NCBI GenBank assembly: GCA_021774625.1
Contig: JAJFIV010000033.1
Span: forward strand, 20,732 to 84,731
Length of the DNA stretch: 64,000 nt
From: Alphaproteobacteria bacterium
GTDB lineage: Bacteria; Pseudomonadota; Alphaproteobacteria; Sphingomonadales; JAKSBY01
Reading direction: 5' to 3'
The notes under the pieces are model-generated. The model did no database searches, was not told where the DNA came from, and saw only the letters and a list, made by a program, of their open reading frames with translations. Positions 10,264-22,060 of this stretch are shown in pieces. A program made the position numbers and the translations under genes. How positions within the stretch are numbered: position 1 is the stretch's first letter; the number at the start of each line of letters is the position of its first letter.

Positions 10264-11604
10264 ATGCGAAAATATTTTGGCACCGACGGCATTCGCGGCA
10301 CCGCCAACACGGCTCCGATGACACCGGAAATCGCCATGCGGGTCGGCATGGCGGCGGGACGGCATTTTGTCCGTGGGGATCACCGGCACCGGGTGGTGAT
10401 CGGCAAGGATACGCGGCTGTCGGGTTATATGTTTGAACCCGCACTGACGGCGGGGTTTATTGCGGTTGGCATGGACGTCATTCTGGCCGGTCCCATGCCA
10501 ACGCCGGCTGTGGCCATGCTGACAAAATCCCTGCGGGCGGATCTTGGCGTGATGCTGTCCGCCTCCCACAATCCCTATTGCGATAACGGCATCAAACTGT
10601 TCGGCCCCGACGGCTATAAACTCTCGGATGAGGTTGAACTGGAAATCGAACGGCGGATGGAAAACGGCCTTGATAAATATCTTGCCAAACCGAAGGATCT
10701 GGGGCGCGCCAAGCGGCTTGACGATGTCGAAGGCCGTTATATCGAATTTGCCAAAAGCACCGTGCCTCCGGGCCTTACATTCGACGGGTTGAAAGTGGTG
10801 ATCGATTGTGCCAATGGCGCCGCCTATAAGGTTGCACCCACTGTTCTCTGGGAGTTGGGTGCGGATGTGGTGCCGGTTGGCGTTACGCCCAACGGGTTTA
10901 ATATCAATGATGGCTGCGGATCGACCGCTCCGGAATTTATGTGTGAGCAGGTGGTGGCCCATGGCGCCGATCTCGGCATAGCTCTGGACGGAGATGCCGA
11001 CCGGCTGCTGGTTGCCGATGAAAACGGCCAACTGATTGATGGTGATCAGTTAATGGCGCTGATCGCGACCTCGTGGGCCAACCGGCAATGTCTGAAAGGC
11101 AACGGCCTGGTCGCCACCGTGATGTCCAATCTGGGCCTTGAACGCTATGTCGAAACCCTGGGCCTGACCCTGGCCCGCACCCAGGTCGGCGACCGTTATG
11201 TGGTGGAGCATATGCGGGCGAACGGCTTTAATCTCGGCGGCGAACAGTCCGGCCATATTGTGCTGAATGATTTCACCACCACCGGCGACGGTCTGATTGC
11301 GGCATTGCAGATTCTCTCTGTCCTGATCAGCCGGGGCAAGGTGGCGTCGGAGGTTTGCCATCTGTTCGATCCTTATCCGCAGCTTCTTGAAAATGTCCGG
11401 TTTAACGGCAGAGACCCGCTCCAGGATAACCGGGTCAAGGAAGCCATTCGCGACGCTGAATGCGCCCTCGGCAAATCCGGCCGGCTGGTGATCCGGAAAT
11501 CCGGTACCGAACCCCTGATCCGGGTTATGGCGGAGGGCGAGGATGAAGCCCAGATCAAACAGATTGTCCGTTCCATCTGTGCGGTGGTACACACGGCTGC
11601 ATGA
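10264..11604 (+). CDS. glmM: Phosphoglucosamine mutase
   Basis: Begins [12 protein letters not shown] and carries the active-site loop SASHNP. ATG 10264 follows GGGGTGGAGAC. The ORF-track start at 10144 overlaps folP. Confidence 0.95.
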   Translation: MRKYFGTDGIRGTANTAPMTPEIAMRVGMAAGRHFVRGDHRHRVVIGKDTRLSGYMFEPALTAGFIAVGMDVILAGPMPTPAVAMLTKSLRADLGVMLSASHNPYCDNGIKLFGPDGYKLSDEVELEIERRMENGLDKYLAKPKDLGRAKRLDDVEGRYIEFAKSTVPPGLTFDGLKVVIDCANGAAYKVAPTVLWELGADVVPVGVTPNGFNINDGCGSTAPEFMCEQVVAHGADLGIALDGDADRLLVADENGQLIDGDQLMALIATSWANRQCLKGNGLVATVMSNLGLERYVETLGLTLARTQVGDRYVVEHMRANGFNLGGEQSGHIVLNDFTTTGDGLIAALQILSVLISRGKVASEVCHLFDPYPQLLENVRFNGRDPLQDNRVKEAIRDAECALGKSGRLVIRKSGTEPLIRVMAEGEDEAQIKQIVRSICAVVHTAA

Positions 11605-12401
11605 CGGCGACAAACAAATTTCACGGTCGTGTCCTCGCCATAGCCGGGTCTGATTCCGGCGGCGGCGCCGGCATTCAGGCGGACATCAAAACCATTACGG
11701 CGCTCGGAGGCTATGCAGCCAGCGCCATCACAGCGGTGACGGTGCAAAATACGCTGGGTGTCGAAGCCATCCACCCCATCCCGCCCGATATCGTTGCCGC
11801 GCAGATCAAAGCCGTCCTCACCGACATCGGCGCCGATTGCATCAAAACCGGCATGCTCGGAAATAAGGAAACCATTGAGACTGTTTGCAATACTATAGAG
11901 GCTTATGGCGCCGAAATCCCGCTTGTGGTCGATCCGGTCATGGTCGCGACCAGCGGTGACCGGCTGCTGGAAAAAGAAGCCGAGGCAATATTGCGGGACC
12001 GCTTGCTCCCCAAAGCAACCCTTCTCACCCCCAATATTCCGGAAGCGGAAGCGTTGCTGAACCGTTCTATTGTCTCCCTTGATGAAATGAAGAACGCCGC
12101 AGCCGCCCTGTTGGATGACGGCCCTCAAGCGATTTTACTGAAAGGCGGACATTTACAAGGGAATACGCTTTTCGATGTGCTGGCCGATCAGGCCGGCCTG
12201 ATCGTTTTCGAATCTGAGCGCATTGCAACCCGCAACACTCACGGCACCGGCTGCACCCTCGCCAGTGCCATCGCCAGCGGCCTTGCGCAGGGTGAAACTT
12301 TAAAGACGGCGGTTGAAAAGGCCCGCGCCTATCTCCAAAACGCCATCCGCACTGCCCCCGACCTGGGTCAGGGCAAGGGACCGGTCAATCATAATATTTA
12401 G
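11601..12401 (+). CDS. thiD: Hydroxymethylpyrimidine/phosphomethylpyrimidine kinase
   Basis: 266 aa. Motifs [16 protein letters not shown] and [12 protein letters not shown]. The start overlaps the glmM stop (ATGA). Confidence 0.9.
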   Translation: MTATNKFHGRVLAIAGSDSGGGAGIQADIKTITALGGYAASAITAVTVQNTLGVEAIHPIPPDIVAAQIKAVLTDIGADCIKTGMLGNKETIETVCNTIEAYGAEIPLVVDPVMVATSGDRLLEKEAEAILRDRLLPKATLLTPNIPEAEALLNRSIVSLDEMKNAAAALLDDGPQAILLKGGHLQGNTLFDVLADQAGLIVFESERIATRNTHGTGCTLASAIASGLAQGETLKTAVEKARAYLQNAIRTAPDLGQGKGPVNHNI

Positions 12402-12421
12402 AGTCTATCCAAAGCCCCGTA

Positions 12422-12511
12422 CTTCGATACGGACCTCCGGTCCTACTCAGCACGAACGGAGAGGCAAGCCGTTCGCCCTGAATGCCCGAATGGAGTGAGG
12501 GCGTATCGAAG
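12422..12511. other. Structured 90-nt element in a convergent intergenic gap (REP-like element, ncRNA or terminator substitute)
   Basis: A 10-bp outer stem (CTTCGATACG 12422-12431 with CGTATCGAAG 12502-12511) encloses two hairpins. The first is GGACC-TCC-GGTCC at 12431-12443. The second is CGAACGG-N9-CCGTTCG at 12453-12475. No U-tract on either strand. Confidence 0.35.
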
Positions 12512-12533
12512 GGAGACAACCGAAAGGGAGTCA

Positions 12534-13367
12534 TTATTCCGGTTTCCGAAACCTCAACGTCATCCGGTTTGACTCCCCGATCGCGGCATATTTTTCCCGG
12601 TCCTTTTCCTTGAATTCAAAGGATGGCGGCAGCCGCCAGACGAAGTCCTCCTCAGTCGGCTCATCCCTGGGGTTTGTATTGATTTCCGATGTGGCTTCGA
12701 TGACGAAACCGGCCTTGGTGAAGGCTTCGATGGCGCGGGACATTTTGAGGTAGCCGTTGCTGCCGTTGGCCCAGCCGTTCGAGGCCGTTTCCGGTGCCCG
12801 GTGCTGGACAATGCCGACAATACCGCCGGGTTTCAGTAGCTCAAACGCTTCCGCCGCACTGTCTTCCAGATAGTGTGCCTCGATCCGATTGAGGTGATGC
12901 AAGGCACGGAAATAGACATAGGCATCGACGGTGCCCTTCAGTTCTTCCGGCGCATCCCCCATATGGAAAAAGCTGGCATCAATATTTTCGTCGAACTTCT
13001 TGGCCATTTCGATGAAATTGTCCGGCCAGGCTTCGATCTGCTCCAACCGTTCTTCATACTGGTCGCCATAGATTTTTTTGTACAGATCGAGAGAATAACG
13101 GATTCCCACATAATGACCGTCGGAGCCCAGATAATTCACGAAAATTCGCGCATACCAGCTGCCCGGCAGGGCATCAATCACCGTCATCCCCGGCTCGATC
13201 CCGAAAAAAGCCAGCGTTTCCGCCGGATGGCGGAACTGATCACGGGCCTTATCCTCATCGGGGCGGGCGGCGATAATCTGGTTAAGTTTTTCCTGATCGA
13301 CCGCCTGGGCCGGAACGGCAACACACAACGTCGCAGCAAACGCCGCGATTCCCATCGCAATACGCAT
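12534..13367 (-). CDS. Secreted class I SAM-dependent methyltransferase-like protein
   Basis: 277 aa. Signal peptide ending AVPAQA. Methyltransferase motif-I-like VIDALPGSWYARIF. Confidence 0.7.
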   Translation of the reverse strand: MRIAMGIAAFAATLCVAVPAQAVDQEKLNQIIAARPDEDKARDQFRHPAETLAFFGIEPGMTVIDALPGSWYARIFVNYLGSDGHYVGIRYSLDLYKKIYGDQYEERLEQIEAWPDNFIEMAKKFDENIDASFFHMGDAPEELKGTVDAYVYFRALHHLNRIEAHYLEDSAAEAFELLKPGGIVGIVQHRAPETASNGWANGSNGYLKMSRAIEAFTKAGFVIEATSEINTNPRDEPTEEDFVWRLPPSFEFKEKDREKYAAIGESNRMTLRFRKPE

Positions 13368-13539
13368 AATTTTCCCTTCGCCTTTAAAAGCCGGAACCCC
13401 ACACGGCGCCAGTCTCTGACAGCACCCTATAATGCATATGCCGCAGGATCAAGATACGGGATGCGCCTGCAGATATTTTTCTTGTAATTTACCTATCAGT
13501 AGGTAATATGACCGGCATATATCAACGGAGGAACCGACC

Positions 13540-13938
13540 ATGACCACTGAACTTTACTGGCTGACCCTGACGACGCTGATGACCGCCCTTTTCTGGCTGC
13601 CCTATATCCTGAACCGTATCAAGGTACGGGGGCCGATGACGGCCATGGGAAATACCACGTCCTCTTCTCTGTCCCATGACCCCTGGGCAGAGCGGGCAAT
13701 GAAGGCGCATATAAATGCTGTCGAGAATCTGGTGATTTTCGCACCCCTGGTGCTGACAGCTCATGTTCTGGGCATATCAACATCGCTCACGGCTATTGCT
13801 GCGCTGATTTATTTCTTCGCCCGGCTGGCCCATTTCATCATTCAAACGGCGGGTATCCCGGTTCTGAGAACCCTGTCCTTCGCCGTGGGAATGGTGTGTC
13901 AGCTCATCTTCGCCTTCAGCATTCTCGGCTGGGTGTAA
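13540..13938 (+). CDS. MAPEG-family membrane protein
   Basis: 132 aa with four hydrophobic helices. The N-terminus is MAPEG-like (LYWLTLTTLMTALFWLPYILNR). Family call is from memory. Confidence 0.65.
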   Translation: MTTELYWLTLTTLMTALFWLPYILNRIKVRGPMTAMGNTTSSSLSHDPWAERAMKAHINAVENLVIFAPLVLTAHVLGISTSLTAIAALIYFFARLAHFIIQTAGIPVLRTLSFAVGMVCQLIFAFSILGWV

Positions 13939-13950
13939 GGCGCGGGCACA

Positions 13951-14667
13951 ATGAATTCAGCACAAAAAACAGCGGTCATCACCGGCATTGCTCCAGGTTT
14001 TGGCGAAGCATTGGCAAAACAGCTTGCCGGAGCGGGTTACCGGATCGTCGGTCTGGCGCGGACCGATAAAGCAGCGGTTGGTGTGGCCGGTATCGTGGAG
14101 GCGGCGGGAAGCGCCTACCGGCATATTGTCTGCGATGTAACCGATGGCGGCGCCATGACTGCCGCCGTGGCAAGTATCGAGGATAAGGACGGCCCGGTCC
14201 ACTTACTGATCCACAATGCCCACCAGCTTCTGATCCGGCCTTTCCTGGAAACAGACCCGGAGGATTTTGAGCGGGTCTGGCGGGTTGCCTGCCTTGGCGG
14301 CATGCATGCCGCCCGGGCCGTTCTTCCCAAAATGCTGGAACGCGGCAGCGGCGCTATTCTTTTTACCGGGGCGACGGCATCGATCCGCGCCGGAGCCAAA
14401 TTCAGCGCTTTCGCCTCCGCCAAATTTGCCCAGCGCGCTCTGGCGCAGTCACTGGCGCGGGAATACGGGCCCAAAGGCATCCATGTGGCCCATGTCATCA
14501 TCGACGGGCTGATCTGGGAACCGCAGACCCGGGACCGTTTCGATCCCGAAGAGAAAAACTGTATCAACCCGGATGCTCTCGCCCGTTCTTATCTGCATGT
14601 GATCGAACAGGACCCGTCCGCCTGGACCCATGAAATTGACCTCCGGCCCTGTTCGGAAAATTTTTAA
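13951..14667 (+). CDS. Short-chain dehydrogenase/reductase family protein (non-canonical FxxxK)
   Basis: Rossmann motif TGIAPGFG. The expected YxxxK position reads F-A-S-A-K (ttc gcc tcc gcc aaa, 14410-14424). Confidence 0.8.
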   Translation: MNSAQKTAVITGIAPGFGEALAKQLAGAGYRIVGLARTDKAAVGVAGIVEAAGSAYRHIVCDVTDGGAMTAAVASIEDKDGPVHLLIHNAHQLLIRPFLETDPEDFERVWRVACLGGMHAARAVLPKMLERGSGAILFTGATASIRAGAKFSAFASAKFAQRALAQSLAREYGPKGIHVAHVIIDGLIWEPQTRDRFDPEEKNCINPDALARSYLHVIEQDPSAWTHEIDLRPCSENF

Positions 14668-14677
14668 GGGGCGGAAG

Positions 14678-15382
14678 ATGGAGAATATTATCCCCGAGCG
14701 TCTTCGCGCGGATTTTTCGGAACGGGCGGTGGTGGACACTGCGGGTCTGCCCTGGATTCCGTCTCCGCAGGCCGGTGTCGATCGCCGCATGCTGGATCGT
14801 ATCGGCGGCGAGGTGGCGCGGGCGACCTCCATTGTACGCTATGCGCCGGACAGCTGCTTTTCGCCTCATACCCATGGCGGCGGGGAGGAATTTCTGGTGC
14901 TCGACGGGATATTTTCCGACGAACATGGCGATTATCCCGCCGGCAGTTATGTCCGTAATCCGCCGGGCAGCGGACATGCGCCTTTTACCCGGGACGGCTG
15001 CACCATTTTTGTTAAACTGCGTCAAATGCGATCCGATGATGAGACCCATGTGGTCATCCGCACGGGCAGCGCAAAATGGATAGCAGGGGATAGTGCGGGC
15101 GTCACGAAACTGCCTCTTTTCACAGAGAGCGATGGCCCTGAGCAGGTCGAGCTTATCCGGCTTGAACCCGGTGCGGAGATGCCCCTCTATGCCTGCAACG
15201 GCGGCGAAGAGATTTTGGTGCTGTCGGGCACCCTTAAGGACAGCGGCGGCACCTATGGTCCCGGTTTCTGGATTCGCAACCCGACCGGCCACCAGCAAGA
15301 TTTACGAAGCGAAACAGGGGCAACATATTGGCGAAAGCAGGGACATTTGCCCGGCCAGACACCAACAGCGGAAAATGGATAA
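14678..15382 (+). CDS. Cupin-domain protein (ChrR-like cupin, no anti-sigma zinc domain seen)
   Basis: Cupin motifs SPHTHGGGEEFLVLDG and GSYVRNPPGSGHAP, plus a second cupin-like half. ATG 14678 follows GGGGCGGAAG. Confidence 0.7.
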   Translation: MENIIPERLRADFSERAVVDTAGLPWIPSPQAGVDRRMLDRIGGEVARATSIVRYAPDSCFSPHTHGGGEEFLVLDGIFSDEHGDYPAGSYVRNPPGSGHAPFTRDGCTIFVKLRQMRSDDETHVVIRTGSAKWIAGDSAGVTKLPLFTESDGPEQVELIRLEPGAEMPLYACNGGEEILVLSGTLKDSGGTYGPGFWIRNPTGHQQDLRSETGATYWRKQGHLPGQTPTAENG

Positions 15383-15980
15383 AAGAATGGACGGCAGCGT
15401 CAGGAAACCGCGCGGCGATACGGCCGAAAAAATTCTTGATCTCGGCGAAATGCTGATCCAGACGCGGGGCTTTAACGCCTTTTCCTATCAGGATATTTCC
15501 ACTGCGCTCGGCATAAGGAAAGCCAGCATTCATTATCATTTCCCGTCAAAATCCGATCTTGGCGCCGCCGTGCTTGACCGTTACCGCTCCCGCCTGTACG
15601 CGGCCATGGCCGGTGTGGATCCGGACGCCATGACGTCCTGGAATATCCTTGAAACCTATTTCACCCCCTATCTGGGATATGCAAAAACGCCGGATCGGGT
15701 CTGTCTGTGCGGCGCACTGGCCGGGGAATTTCCTGCCCTTCCCCCGGATATGCAGACGCATGTCACTGCATTTTTCGAAGAACATCAGGCCTGGCTGGCA
15801 ACCATATTAAAGAGGGGACGCGGAAGCGGTGAATTCAGGTTCTCCGCAAGTCCTGCAAAAATGGCGCGGCTGATCTTTGACGCCCTGCAGGGCGCCCTGC
15901 TGGTGAAGCGCACCAATGGTGATATCCGGCAGATCAAGGATGTGATTCAGGTCTTCAAAGCGATAGTGATGCCGTCATAA
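15375..15980 (+). CDS. TetR/AcrR-family transcriptional regulator
   Basis: HTH region FNAFSYQDISTALGIRKASIHYHFPSK. ATG 15375 overlaps the cupin stop. The upstream part of ORF 15093 is out-of-frame read-through of the cupin gene. Confidence 0.85.
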   Translation: MDKRMDGSVRKPRGDTAEKILDLGEMLIQTRGFNAFSYQDISTALGIRKASIHYHFPSKSDLGAAVLDRYRSRLYAAMAGVDPDAMTSWNILETYFTPYLGYAKTPDRVCLCGALAGEFPALPPDMQTHVTAFFEEHQAWLATILKRGRGSGEFRFSASPAKMARLIFDALQGALLVKRTNGDIRQIKDVIQVFKAIVMPS

Positions 15981-16673
15981 AGCGGCTTTGATCTCCGCAA
16001 CAATCGCCTCTGCGGCGGCTTTGGGATCACCGGCCTGGGTGATGGGGCGGCCGACCACAAGATAATCGGCGCCGGCCGCAATGGCCCGGGCCGGGGTCAT
16101 AACGCGTTTCTGGTCGCCAGCATCGGTGCCCGCCGGGCGGATGCCGGGGGTGATGATCAGAAAATCATCGCCGGCCATCTGCCGGATACGGGCTGCTTCA
16201 TGGCCCGAGGCAATCACGCCATCGCCGCCCGCTTCCTTCACCTTGCGGGCGCGATGGTCGATCAGCTCGGCAAGCGATTTGTCAAAGCCCATATCGGCAA
16301 GGTCGTTCTGGTCAAGACTGGTCAGCACGGTCACACCGAAAATCTTCAGCTTATCGCCCCCCCTGCCCGCAACCGCCGCCCGGATGGCCGGCGCATCGCC
16401 ATGGATGGTCAGAAAATCGACACCCAGTTTGACGATATTTTCCGTCGCCTTCTGCACGGTGGCGCCAATATCATTGAGCTTGGCATCCAGAAAAACCTTT
16501 TTGCCATTCGCCAGCAGTTCCTTCGCCAGCTCAATCCCACCAGCGAAAATCTGCTGCTTGCCGATTTTGTAGAAGACCACACTGTCGCCCAACCGCTCCA
16601 CCAGCGCCCGCGCTTCGGTCACCGTCGGCACATCAAGCGCGACAATTAATCTTTCTCTTGCTGGAATATCCAT
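15975..16673 (-). CDS. pyrF: Orotidine 5'-phosphate decarboxylase
   Basis: 232 aa. Motifs LIVALDV and FLDAKLNDIGATV. Confidence 0.9.
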   Translation of the reverse strand: MDIPARERLIVALDVPTVTEARALVERLGDSVVFYKIGKQQIFAGGIELAKELLANGKKVFLDAKLNDIGATVQKATENIVKLGVDFLTIHGDAPAIRAAVAGRGGDKLKIFGVTVLTSLDQNDLADMGFDKSLAELIDHRARKVKEAGGDGVIASGHEAARIRQMAGDDFLIITPGIRPAGTDAGDQKRVMTPARAIAAGADYLVVGRPITQAGDPKAAAEAIVAEIKAAL

Positions 16674-16856
16674 TTTGTCCCTCGCCTGCCGTTGGTGTGA
16701 GCGTATTTGTTACATCAGCGAGGCGGGGCCGTCAAAAACTAGCATTCTCTTTTTTGTGCGGCGCAAAAACTTGTTTGACATTCCTCCGCTCCCCGGTATG
16801 GTCGCGGTGGGTCACGCCTCCCCAACGAGGCGCGTCTCTCTGGAAGGAGGGTTAGA

Positions 16857-17978
16857 ATGAAACCAGAAAACCGCCCCAAGCGGCCCTATTTTTCATCCGG
16901 GCCATGTGCAAAGCGTCCCGGCTGGACATTGCAATCTTTAGAGAACGCCCTCTTGGGGCGATCTCACCGCTCCAAACCCGGCAAAACCAAATTAAAAAAA
17001 GCCATCGACCGCACCCGGTCTGTTCTCGGCGTGCCTGATGATTACCGGATCGGCATTGTCCCGGCCTCCGATACCGGCGCCGTTGAGATGGCGCTGTGGT
17101 CCCTGCTGGGCCCCCGGCCCGTCGATATGCTGGCCTGGGAAAGTTTCGGCAAGGGCTGGATTACCGATGTGGTGAAGCAGCTCAAGCTGGATGACGTGCG
17201 AATAATTGAGGCCGATTACGGTCATTTGCCGGACCTTGGCCAAACCGGGCCCGGCCACGATATCGTTTTCACCTGGAACGGCACCACATCCGGCGTGCGG
17301 GTGCCAAACGGTGACTGGATTGCCGATGACCGGGACGGTCTTACCATCTGTGACGCCACCTCCGCCGCCTTCGCCATGGACCTGCCCTGGAACAAGCTCG
17401 ATGTGGTGACTTACTCCTGGCAGAAGGTTCTGGGCGGCGAAGCGGCGCACGGCATGCTGATCCTGAGCCCGCGGGCGGTCGAACGGCTGGAAAATCACAC
17501 GCCATCCTGGCCGCTGCCGAAAATCTTCCGGCTGACCAAGGGCGGCAAGCTGATTGAGGGTATTTTCGAAGGGGCCACCATCAACACCCCGTCCATGCTG
17601 TGTGTGGAAGATTATACCGACGCCCTGACATGGGCCGATCAGATCGGTGGCCTTCCTGCGTTGATTGCCCGAACCGACGCCAATTACCGGGCCATTGCCG
17701 GCTGGGTGGAAAAAACCGGCTGGATCGATTTTCTGGCCCGTGACCCCGCCACCCGCTCGACCACATCGGTCTGCCTGACCATTACGGGGGATGTCGATAC
17801 CGGCAAGCGCATGGCCACCCTTTTGGAGGACGAAGGCGTGGCCTATGACATTGGCGCTTATCGCGATGCGCCGCCGGGTCTGCGCCTGTGGGCCGGCGCG
17901 ACGGTAGAAACATCCGATCTTGAAATACTGATGCCCTGGCTGGACTGGGCTTACAAAGAGGTCATGCAAAATGCCTAA
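16857..17978 (+). CDS. serC: Phosphoserine aminotransferase (short alphaproteobacterial type)
   Basis: 373 aa. N-terminus [12 protein letters not shown] and the [10 protein letters not shown] Lys region. Directly upstream of serA and overlapping it. Confidence 0.85.
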   Translation: MKPENRPKRPYFSSGPCAKRPGWTLQSLENALLGRSHRSKPGKTKLKKAIDRTRSVLGVPDDYRIGIVPASDTGAVEMALWSLLGPRPVDMLAWESFGKGWITDVVKQLKLDDVRIIEADYGHLPDLGQTGPGHDIVFTWNGTTSGVRVPNGDWIADDRDGLTICDATSAAFAMDLPWNKLDVVTYSWQKVLGGEAAHGMLILSPRAVERLENHTPSWPLPKIFRLTKGGKLIEGIFEGATINTPSMLCVEDYTDALTWADQIGGLPALIARTDANYRAIAGWVEKTGWIDFLARDPATRSTTSVCLTITGDVDTGKRMATLLEDEGVAYDIGAYRDAPPGLRLWAGATVETSDLEILMPWLDWAYKEVMQNA

Positions 17979-19545
17979 AGTCCTGATTGCTGATAAAATG
18001 AGCCCGCTGGCCGCTGAAATCTTCAAAAGACGCGGTGTTGAGGTGGATGAATTGCCCGGTCTTTCTAAAGAAGAACTTCTGGAACGGATCGCTGACTATG
18101 ACGGTCTCGCCGTCCGTTCCTCAACCAAAGCCACGGCAAAATTGCTGGAAGCCGCCGATAATCTCAAGGTGATCGGGCGGGCCGGGATCGGCGTTGACAA
18201 TATCGACCTTCCCGCCGCCACCGCCAAAGGCATTGTGGTGATGAACACACCTTTCGGCAATTCCATCACTACCGCCGAACATGCCGTCGCCATGATGCTG
18301 GCTCTGGCCCGGCAAATCCCTGCCGCTGATGTCTCGACCCGCGCCGGCAAGTGGGAAAAGTCCCGCTTTATGGGCGTAGAGGTTGCCGGCAAGACCCTCG
18401 GCCTGATCGGCTGCGGCAATATCGGCTCTATCGTGGCCGACCGGGCGCAGGGATTAAAAATGCGGGTGATTGCCTATGATCCTTATCTGACGCCGGAACG
18501 CGCACAGGATCTGGGTATCCGCAAAATGGAGCTGGACGAACTGTTGTCGCTGGCTGATTTTATCTCTCTCCATACACCCCTGACCGACGCCACCCGGGGG
18601 ATCCTTGATGCTGAGGCCTTTGAAAAAATGCGCGACGGTGTGCGGATTATCAATTGCGCCCGCGGCGGGCTTGTGGATGAAGCCGCCCTCAAGGCGGCAA
18701 TGGAAGCCGGCAAGGTTGCCGGCGCGGCTTTGGATGTGTTTACGGAAGAACCGGCGACGGACAATCCGTTATTTGCCATGGAAAATCTGGTCGCGACGCC
18801 GCATCTTGGGGCCTCCACCACCGAGGCCCAAGTCAATGTAGCAGTGCAGGTGGCGGAACAGATGGCGGATTTTCTGTTGACCGGCGCCGTTGCCAATGCG
18901 CTCAATATGCCGTCGCTGACCGCCGAGGAAGCGCCTAAGCTGAAACCCTATATGGAGCTTGCGGAGCAGATCGGCAGCTTTGCCGGTCAAATCACCGAAT
19001 CCGGCATCCGCGAAGTCACCATCGAATATGAAGGCCATGTGGCGGAACTGAATGTCAAACCGCTCAGCGCCGTCGTGCTAGAGGGACTGCTGAAGCCGCT
19101 TCTGGAAACCGTCAACAAGGTCAATGCGCCCATCATCGCCAAGGAACGCGGAATTGCCATATCCGAGGTGGTGCATGACCGGGAAGGGGATTATCACACC
19201 CTGATCCGCCTGACCGTTAAAACCGCCAGCAAAACCGTGTCGGTGGCCGGCACCCTGTTCGCCAACCGGACGCCGCGCATTGTCTCGATCAACGGCATTG
19301 CGATGGAGGCGGAACTGACGGATACCATGCTTTTAACCGCCAATGACGATCAGCCCGGCTATATCGGCGCGCTGGGATCATTGCTTGGCAATGCAGCCGT
19401 TAACATTGCCACATTTCACCTCGGGCGCGGTGACAATGGCGAAGCCCTGGCCCTGGTTGCCGTTGATCAGCCGGTCTCGGGCGAGCTTTTGAAAGCGGTC
19501 TGGGATCTGCCCCATGTGCGCTATGCGAAAAACCTGCGCTTTTGA
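17971..19545 (+). CDS. serA: D-3-phosphoglycerate dehydrogenase
   Basis: 524 aa. NAD-binding motif [10 protein letters not shown], a 2-hydroxyacid dehydrogenase core and an ACT-like C-terminus. Confidence 0.93.
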   Translation: MPKVLIADKMSPLAAEIFKRRGVEVDELPGLSKEELLERIADYDGLAVRSSTKATAKLLEAADNLKVIGRAGIGVDNIDLPAATAKGIVVMNTPFGNSITTAEHAVAMMLALARQIPAADVSTRAGKWEKSRFMGVEVAGKTLGLIGCGNIGSIVADRAQGLKMRVIAYDPYLTPERAQDLGIRKMELDELLSLADFISLHTPLTDATRGILDAEAFEKMRDGVRIINCARGGLVDEAALKAAMEAGKVAGAALDVFTEEPATDNPLFAMENLVATPHLGASTTEAQVNVAVQVAEQMADFLLTGAVANALNMPSLTAEEAPKLKPYMELAEQIGSFAGQITESGIREVTIEYEGHVAELNVKPLSAVVLEGLLKPLLETVNKVNAPIIAKERGIAISEVVHDREGDYHTLIRLTVKTASKTVSVAGTLFANRTPRIVSINGIAMEAELTDTMLLTANDDQPGYIGALGSLLGNAAVNIATFHLGRGDNGEALALVAVDQPVSGELLKAVWDLPHVRYAKNLRF

Positions 19546-19593
19546 CGGATTTTTTCGTGCGCATTGGCAGGAAGGCGCTAAACTGCAGCGATA

Positions 19594-20754
19594 ATGATGA
19601 ATGATTCGACATATTCGGACCGTGCTTTGCTGCCGGAAGGGTTGCGCGACGACCTGCCGCCCTTTGCGGAATATGAGGCCGCTGTGCTGCGGGGCCTTTT
19701 GAGCCGTTTCGCGGCCCAGGGTTACCTTGAGGTAACACCGCCGCTTGTGGAATTTGAGGAAAGCCTGTTTGCCGGCACCGGCGACGCAAAGACCCTGCCC
19801 ATGTTTCGGGTTATGGACCCTGCGTCCCACCGGATGATGGCGATCAGGGCCGATATGACGTTGCAGATTGCCCGCATCGCCACGACCCGGCTGTCCGATT
19901 ATCCGCGGCCATTGCGGCTCAGTTATGGCGGACAGGTTCTGCAGGTTAAGGGCAGCCAGCTTCGCCCCGACCGGCAGTTTGCGCAATCCGGTGTCGAACT
20001 GATCGGCAGCAAGGCGCTTGAGGCCGATATTGAGGTCATACTGCTAGCCCGCGACGCGCTCAGCTCAGTTGGCGTCAATGACCTTTCCTTCGATCTTGTG
20101 ATCCCCCGGCTGGTGCCGATGGTCTGCAACGGTCTTGGCTTGAGCCTGGACGATACTCTAAGCGTGCGGGAGGCGCTGGATGCCAAGGATATCGGGACCT
20201 TGGCCGCAATAGATGGCGCCGCCGGTAAAATTCTGCGCGGTCTTTTGAACGGCGCCGGTCCGGCTGCGGACGCCCTTGATATTCTTAGGGCGCTCGACCT
20301 GCCCGCAGAGGTGCAGGGCGAGATTGCAGATTTGGGCAAACTGGTGGCGGGCATACAGGATCGTGCGCCGGATTTGAGCCTGACCATAGATCCCGGCGAA
20401 TATCACGGCTTTGAATATAAGACCGGCATAGGTTTTTCTCTTTTTGCCAGAGGGGTCAAAGGCGAACTGGGCCGCGGCGGCCGCTATGTGACCTCCCATG
20501 GCGACGGCCATATGGAACCGGCGGTCGGCTTTTCGGTTTATCTCGACAGTCTGATCCGGGCTTTGCCCAAAGCTGTGGCAGCCGATCTTGTCTTCATCCC
20601 GTCCGGCACAGACTTTGAGACGGTGCGCGCCCTGCAGCGGGACGGCTGGCGCACCGTCCAGGCGCTGGAACCGGTAGCGAGGCTGGAGCCCGAGGCATTG
20701 CGGCTTGGCTGCAGCCATATCTGGGATGGACGATCGGCAAAGTCATTGAAATGA
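19594..20754 (+). CDS. hisZ: ATP phosphoribosyltransferase regulatory subunit (HisS paralogue)
   Basis: 386 aa. Class-II aaRS-like core without an anticodon-binding domain. Lies upstream of purA, as in many alphaproteobacteria. Confidence 0.75.
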   Translation: MMNDSTYSDRALLPEGLRDDLPPFAEYEAAVLRGLLSRFAAQGYLEVTPPLVEFEESLFAGTGDAKTLPMFRVMDPASHRMMAIRADMTLQIARIATTRLSDYPRPLRLSYGGQVLQVKGSQLRPDRQFAQSGVELIGSKALEADIEVILLARDALSSVGVNDLSFDLVIPRLVPMVCNGLGLSLDDTLSVREALDAKDIGTLAAIDGAAGKILRGLLNGAGPAADALDILRALDLPAEVQGEIADLGKLVAGIQDRAPDLSLTIDPGEYHGFEYKTGIGFSLFARGVKGELGRGGRYVTSHGDGHMEPAVGFSVYLDSLIRALPKAVAADLVFIPSGTDFETVRALQRDGWRTVQALEPVARLEPEALRLGCSHIWDGRSAKSLK

Positions 20755-20767
20755 AAAGGGTGTAATT

Positions 20768-22060
20768 GTGGCGAATGTGGTTGTTGTCGGCTCCCAATGG
20801 GGCGATGAGGGCAAAGGCAAGATTGTTGACTGGCTGTCGGAACGGGCCGATGTGGTGGTGCGTTTTCAGGGCGGCCATAATGCCGGTCATACCCTGGTCA
20901 TTGACGGCAAGGTCTATAAGCTGAGCCTGCTGCCATCGGGTATCGTTCGCCCCGGCAAACAATCGGTGATCGGCAATGGTGTGGTGCTGGACCCCTGGGC
21001 CATGATCGGTGAAATCGAAAAACTGCGAGACCAGGGGGTGGAAATCGGCCCGGAAAAGCTGCAGATAGCCGCCAACTGCACGCTGATCCTGCCGCTGCAT
21101 GGCGAGCTTGACGGCATTCGTGAAGATGCGCACGGCGCCACCAAGATCGGCACCACCCGGCGCGGTATCGGTCCGGCTTATGAAGACAAGGTGGGACGCC
21201 GGGCGCTTCGGCTCTGTGATCTGGAAGATCCGGCTGCCATGGAAGAGCGGCTTGACGCGCTTCTCGCCCACCACAACCCCTTGCGAAAGGGTCTTGGCCA
21301 TCCGCCGGTGGACCGCGCTGCGCTTATCGAAAAACTCAACGAGATTGCGCCAAAAATCCTGCCTTTCGTCGCGATTGCCTGGCGCAGTCTGGATGAGGCC
21401 AGACGGGCGGGAAAACGCATCCTGTTCGAAGGCGCACAGGGCTTGATGCTTGATGTCGACCATGGCACCTATCCCTTTGTCACCTCCTCCCACACGGCGG
21501 CCGGTCAGGCGGCGGCGGGTTCGGGCCTCGGCCCCGGTGCGCTGGATTATGTGCTCGGTATCACCAAAGCCTATACCACCCGGGTCGGCGAAGGTCCCTT
21601 TCCGACAGAACTGACCGACGCCATCGGCCGGCGGCTTGGCGAACGCGGTCACGAATTCGGCACGGTGACCGGCCGGTCGCGGCGCTGCGGCTGGTTTGAT
21701 GCGGTGATGGTGCGCCAGGCCATTTCCGTCGGCGGCATTCATGGCATCGCTCTCACCAAGCTGGATGTGCTGGACGGCCTCGAGGAAATCAAGGTCTGCA
21801 CCGGCTATCATCTGAAGGGGAAAGTCATAGATTATTTCCCCGCCGGAATGGGTCCACAGGCTGAGGTCGAGCCGATATACGAATCCCTCGAAGGCTGGCG
21901 GGAAAGCACCGAAGGCGCCCGGTCCTGGGCGGAACTGCCTGCGACCGCCATCAAATATATCCGCCGCATCGAGGAACTGATCGACTGCCCGGTGGCGCTG
22001 CTTTCCACTTCCCCCGAGCGGGAAGATACCATCCTGGTGCGCGATCCGTTCCAGAAATAG
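20768..22060 (+). CDS. purA: Adenylosuccinate synthetase
   Basis: 430 aa with a GTG start. Motifs [11 protein letters not shown] and [11 protein letters not shown]. Confidence 0.97.
   Translation: MANVVVVGSQWGDEGKGKIVDWLSERADVVVRFQGGHNAGHTLVIDGKVYKLSLLPSGIVRPGKQSVIGNGVVLDPWAMIGEIEKLRDQGVEIGPEKLQIAANCTLILPLHGELDGIREDAHGATKIGTTRRGIGPAYEDKVGRRALRLCDLEDPAAMEERLDALLAHHNPLRKGLGHPPVDRAALIEKLNEIAPKILPFVAIAWRSLDEARRAGKRILFEGAQGLMLDVDHGTYPFVTSSHTAAGQAAAGSGLGPGALDYVLGITKAYTTRVGEGPFPTELTDAIGRRLGERGHEFGTVTGRSRRCGWFDAVMVRQAISVGGIHGIALTKLDVLDGLEEIKVCTGYHLKGKVIDYFPAGMGPQAEVEPIYESLEGWRESTEGARSWAELPATAIKYIRRIEELIDCPVALLSTSPEREDTILVRDPFQK

Noticed and set aside
16992-18026. 344-aa minus-strand ORF
   Set aside because: It is antisense shadow of serC.
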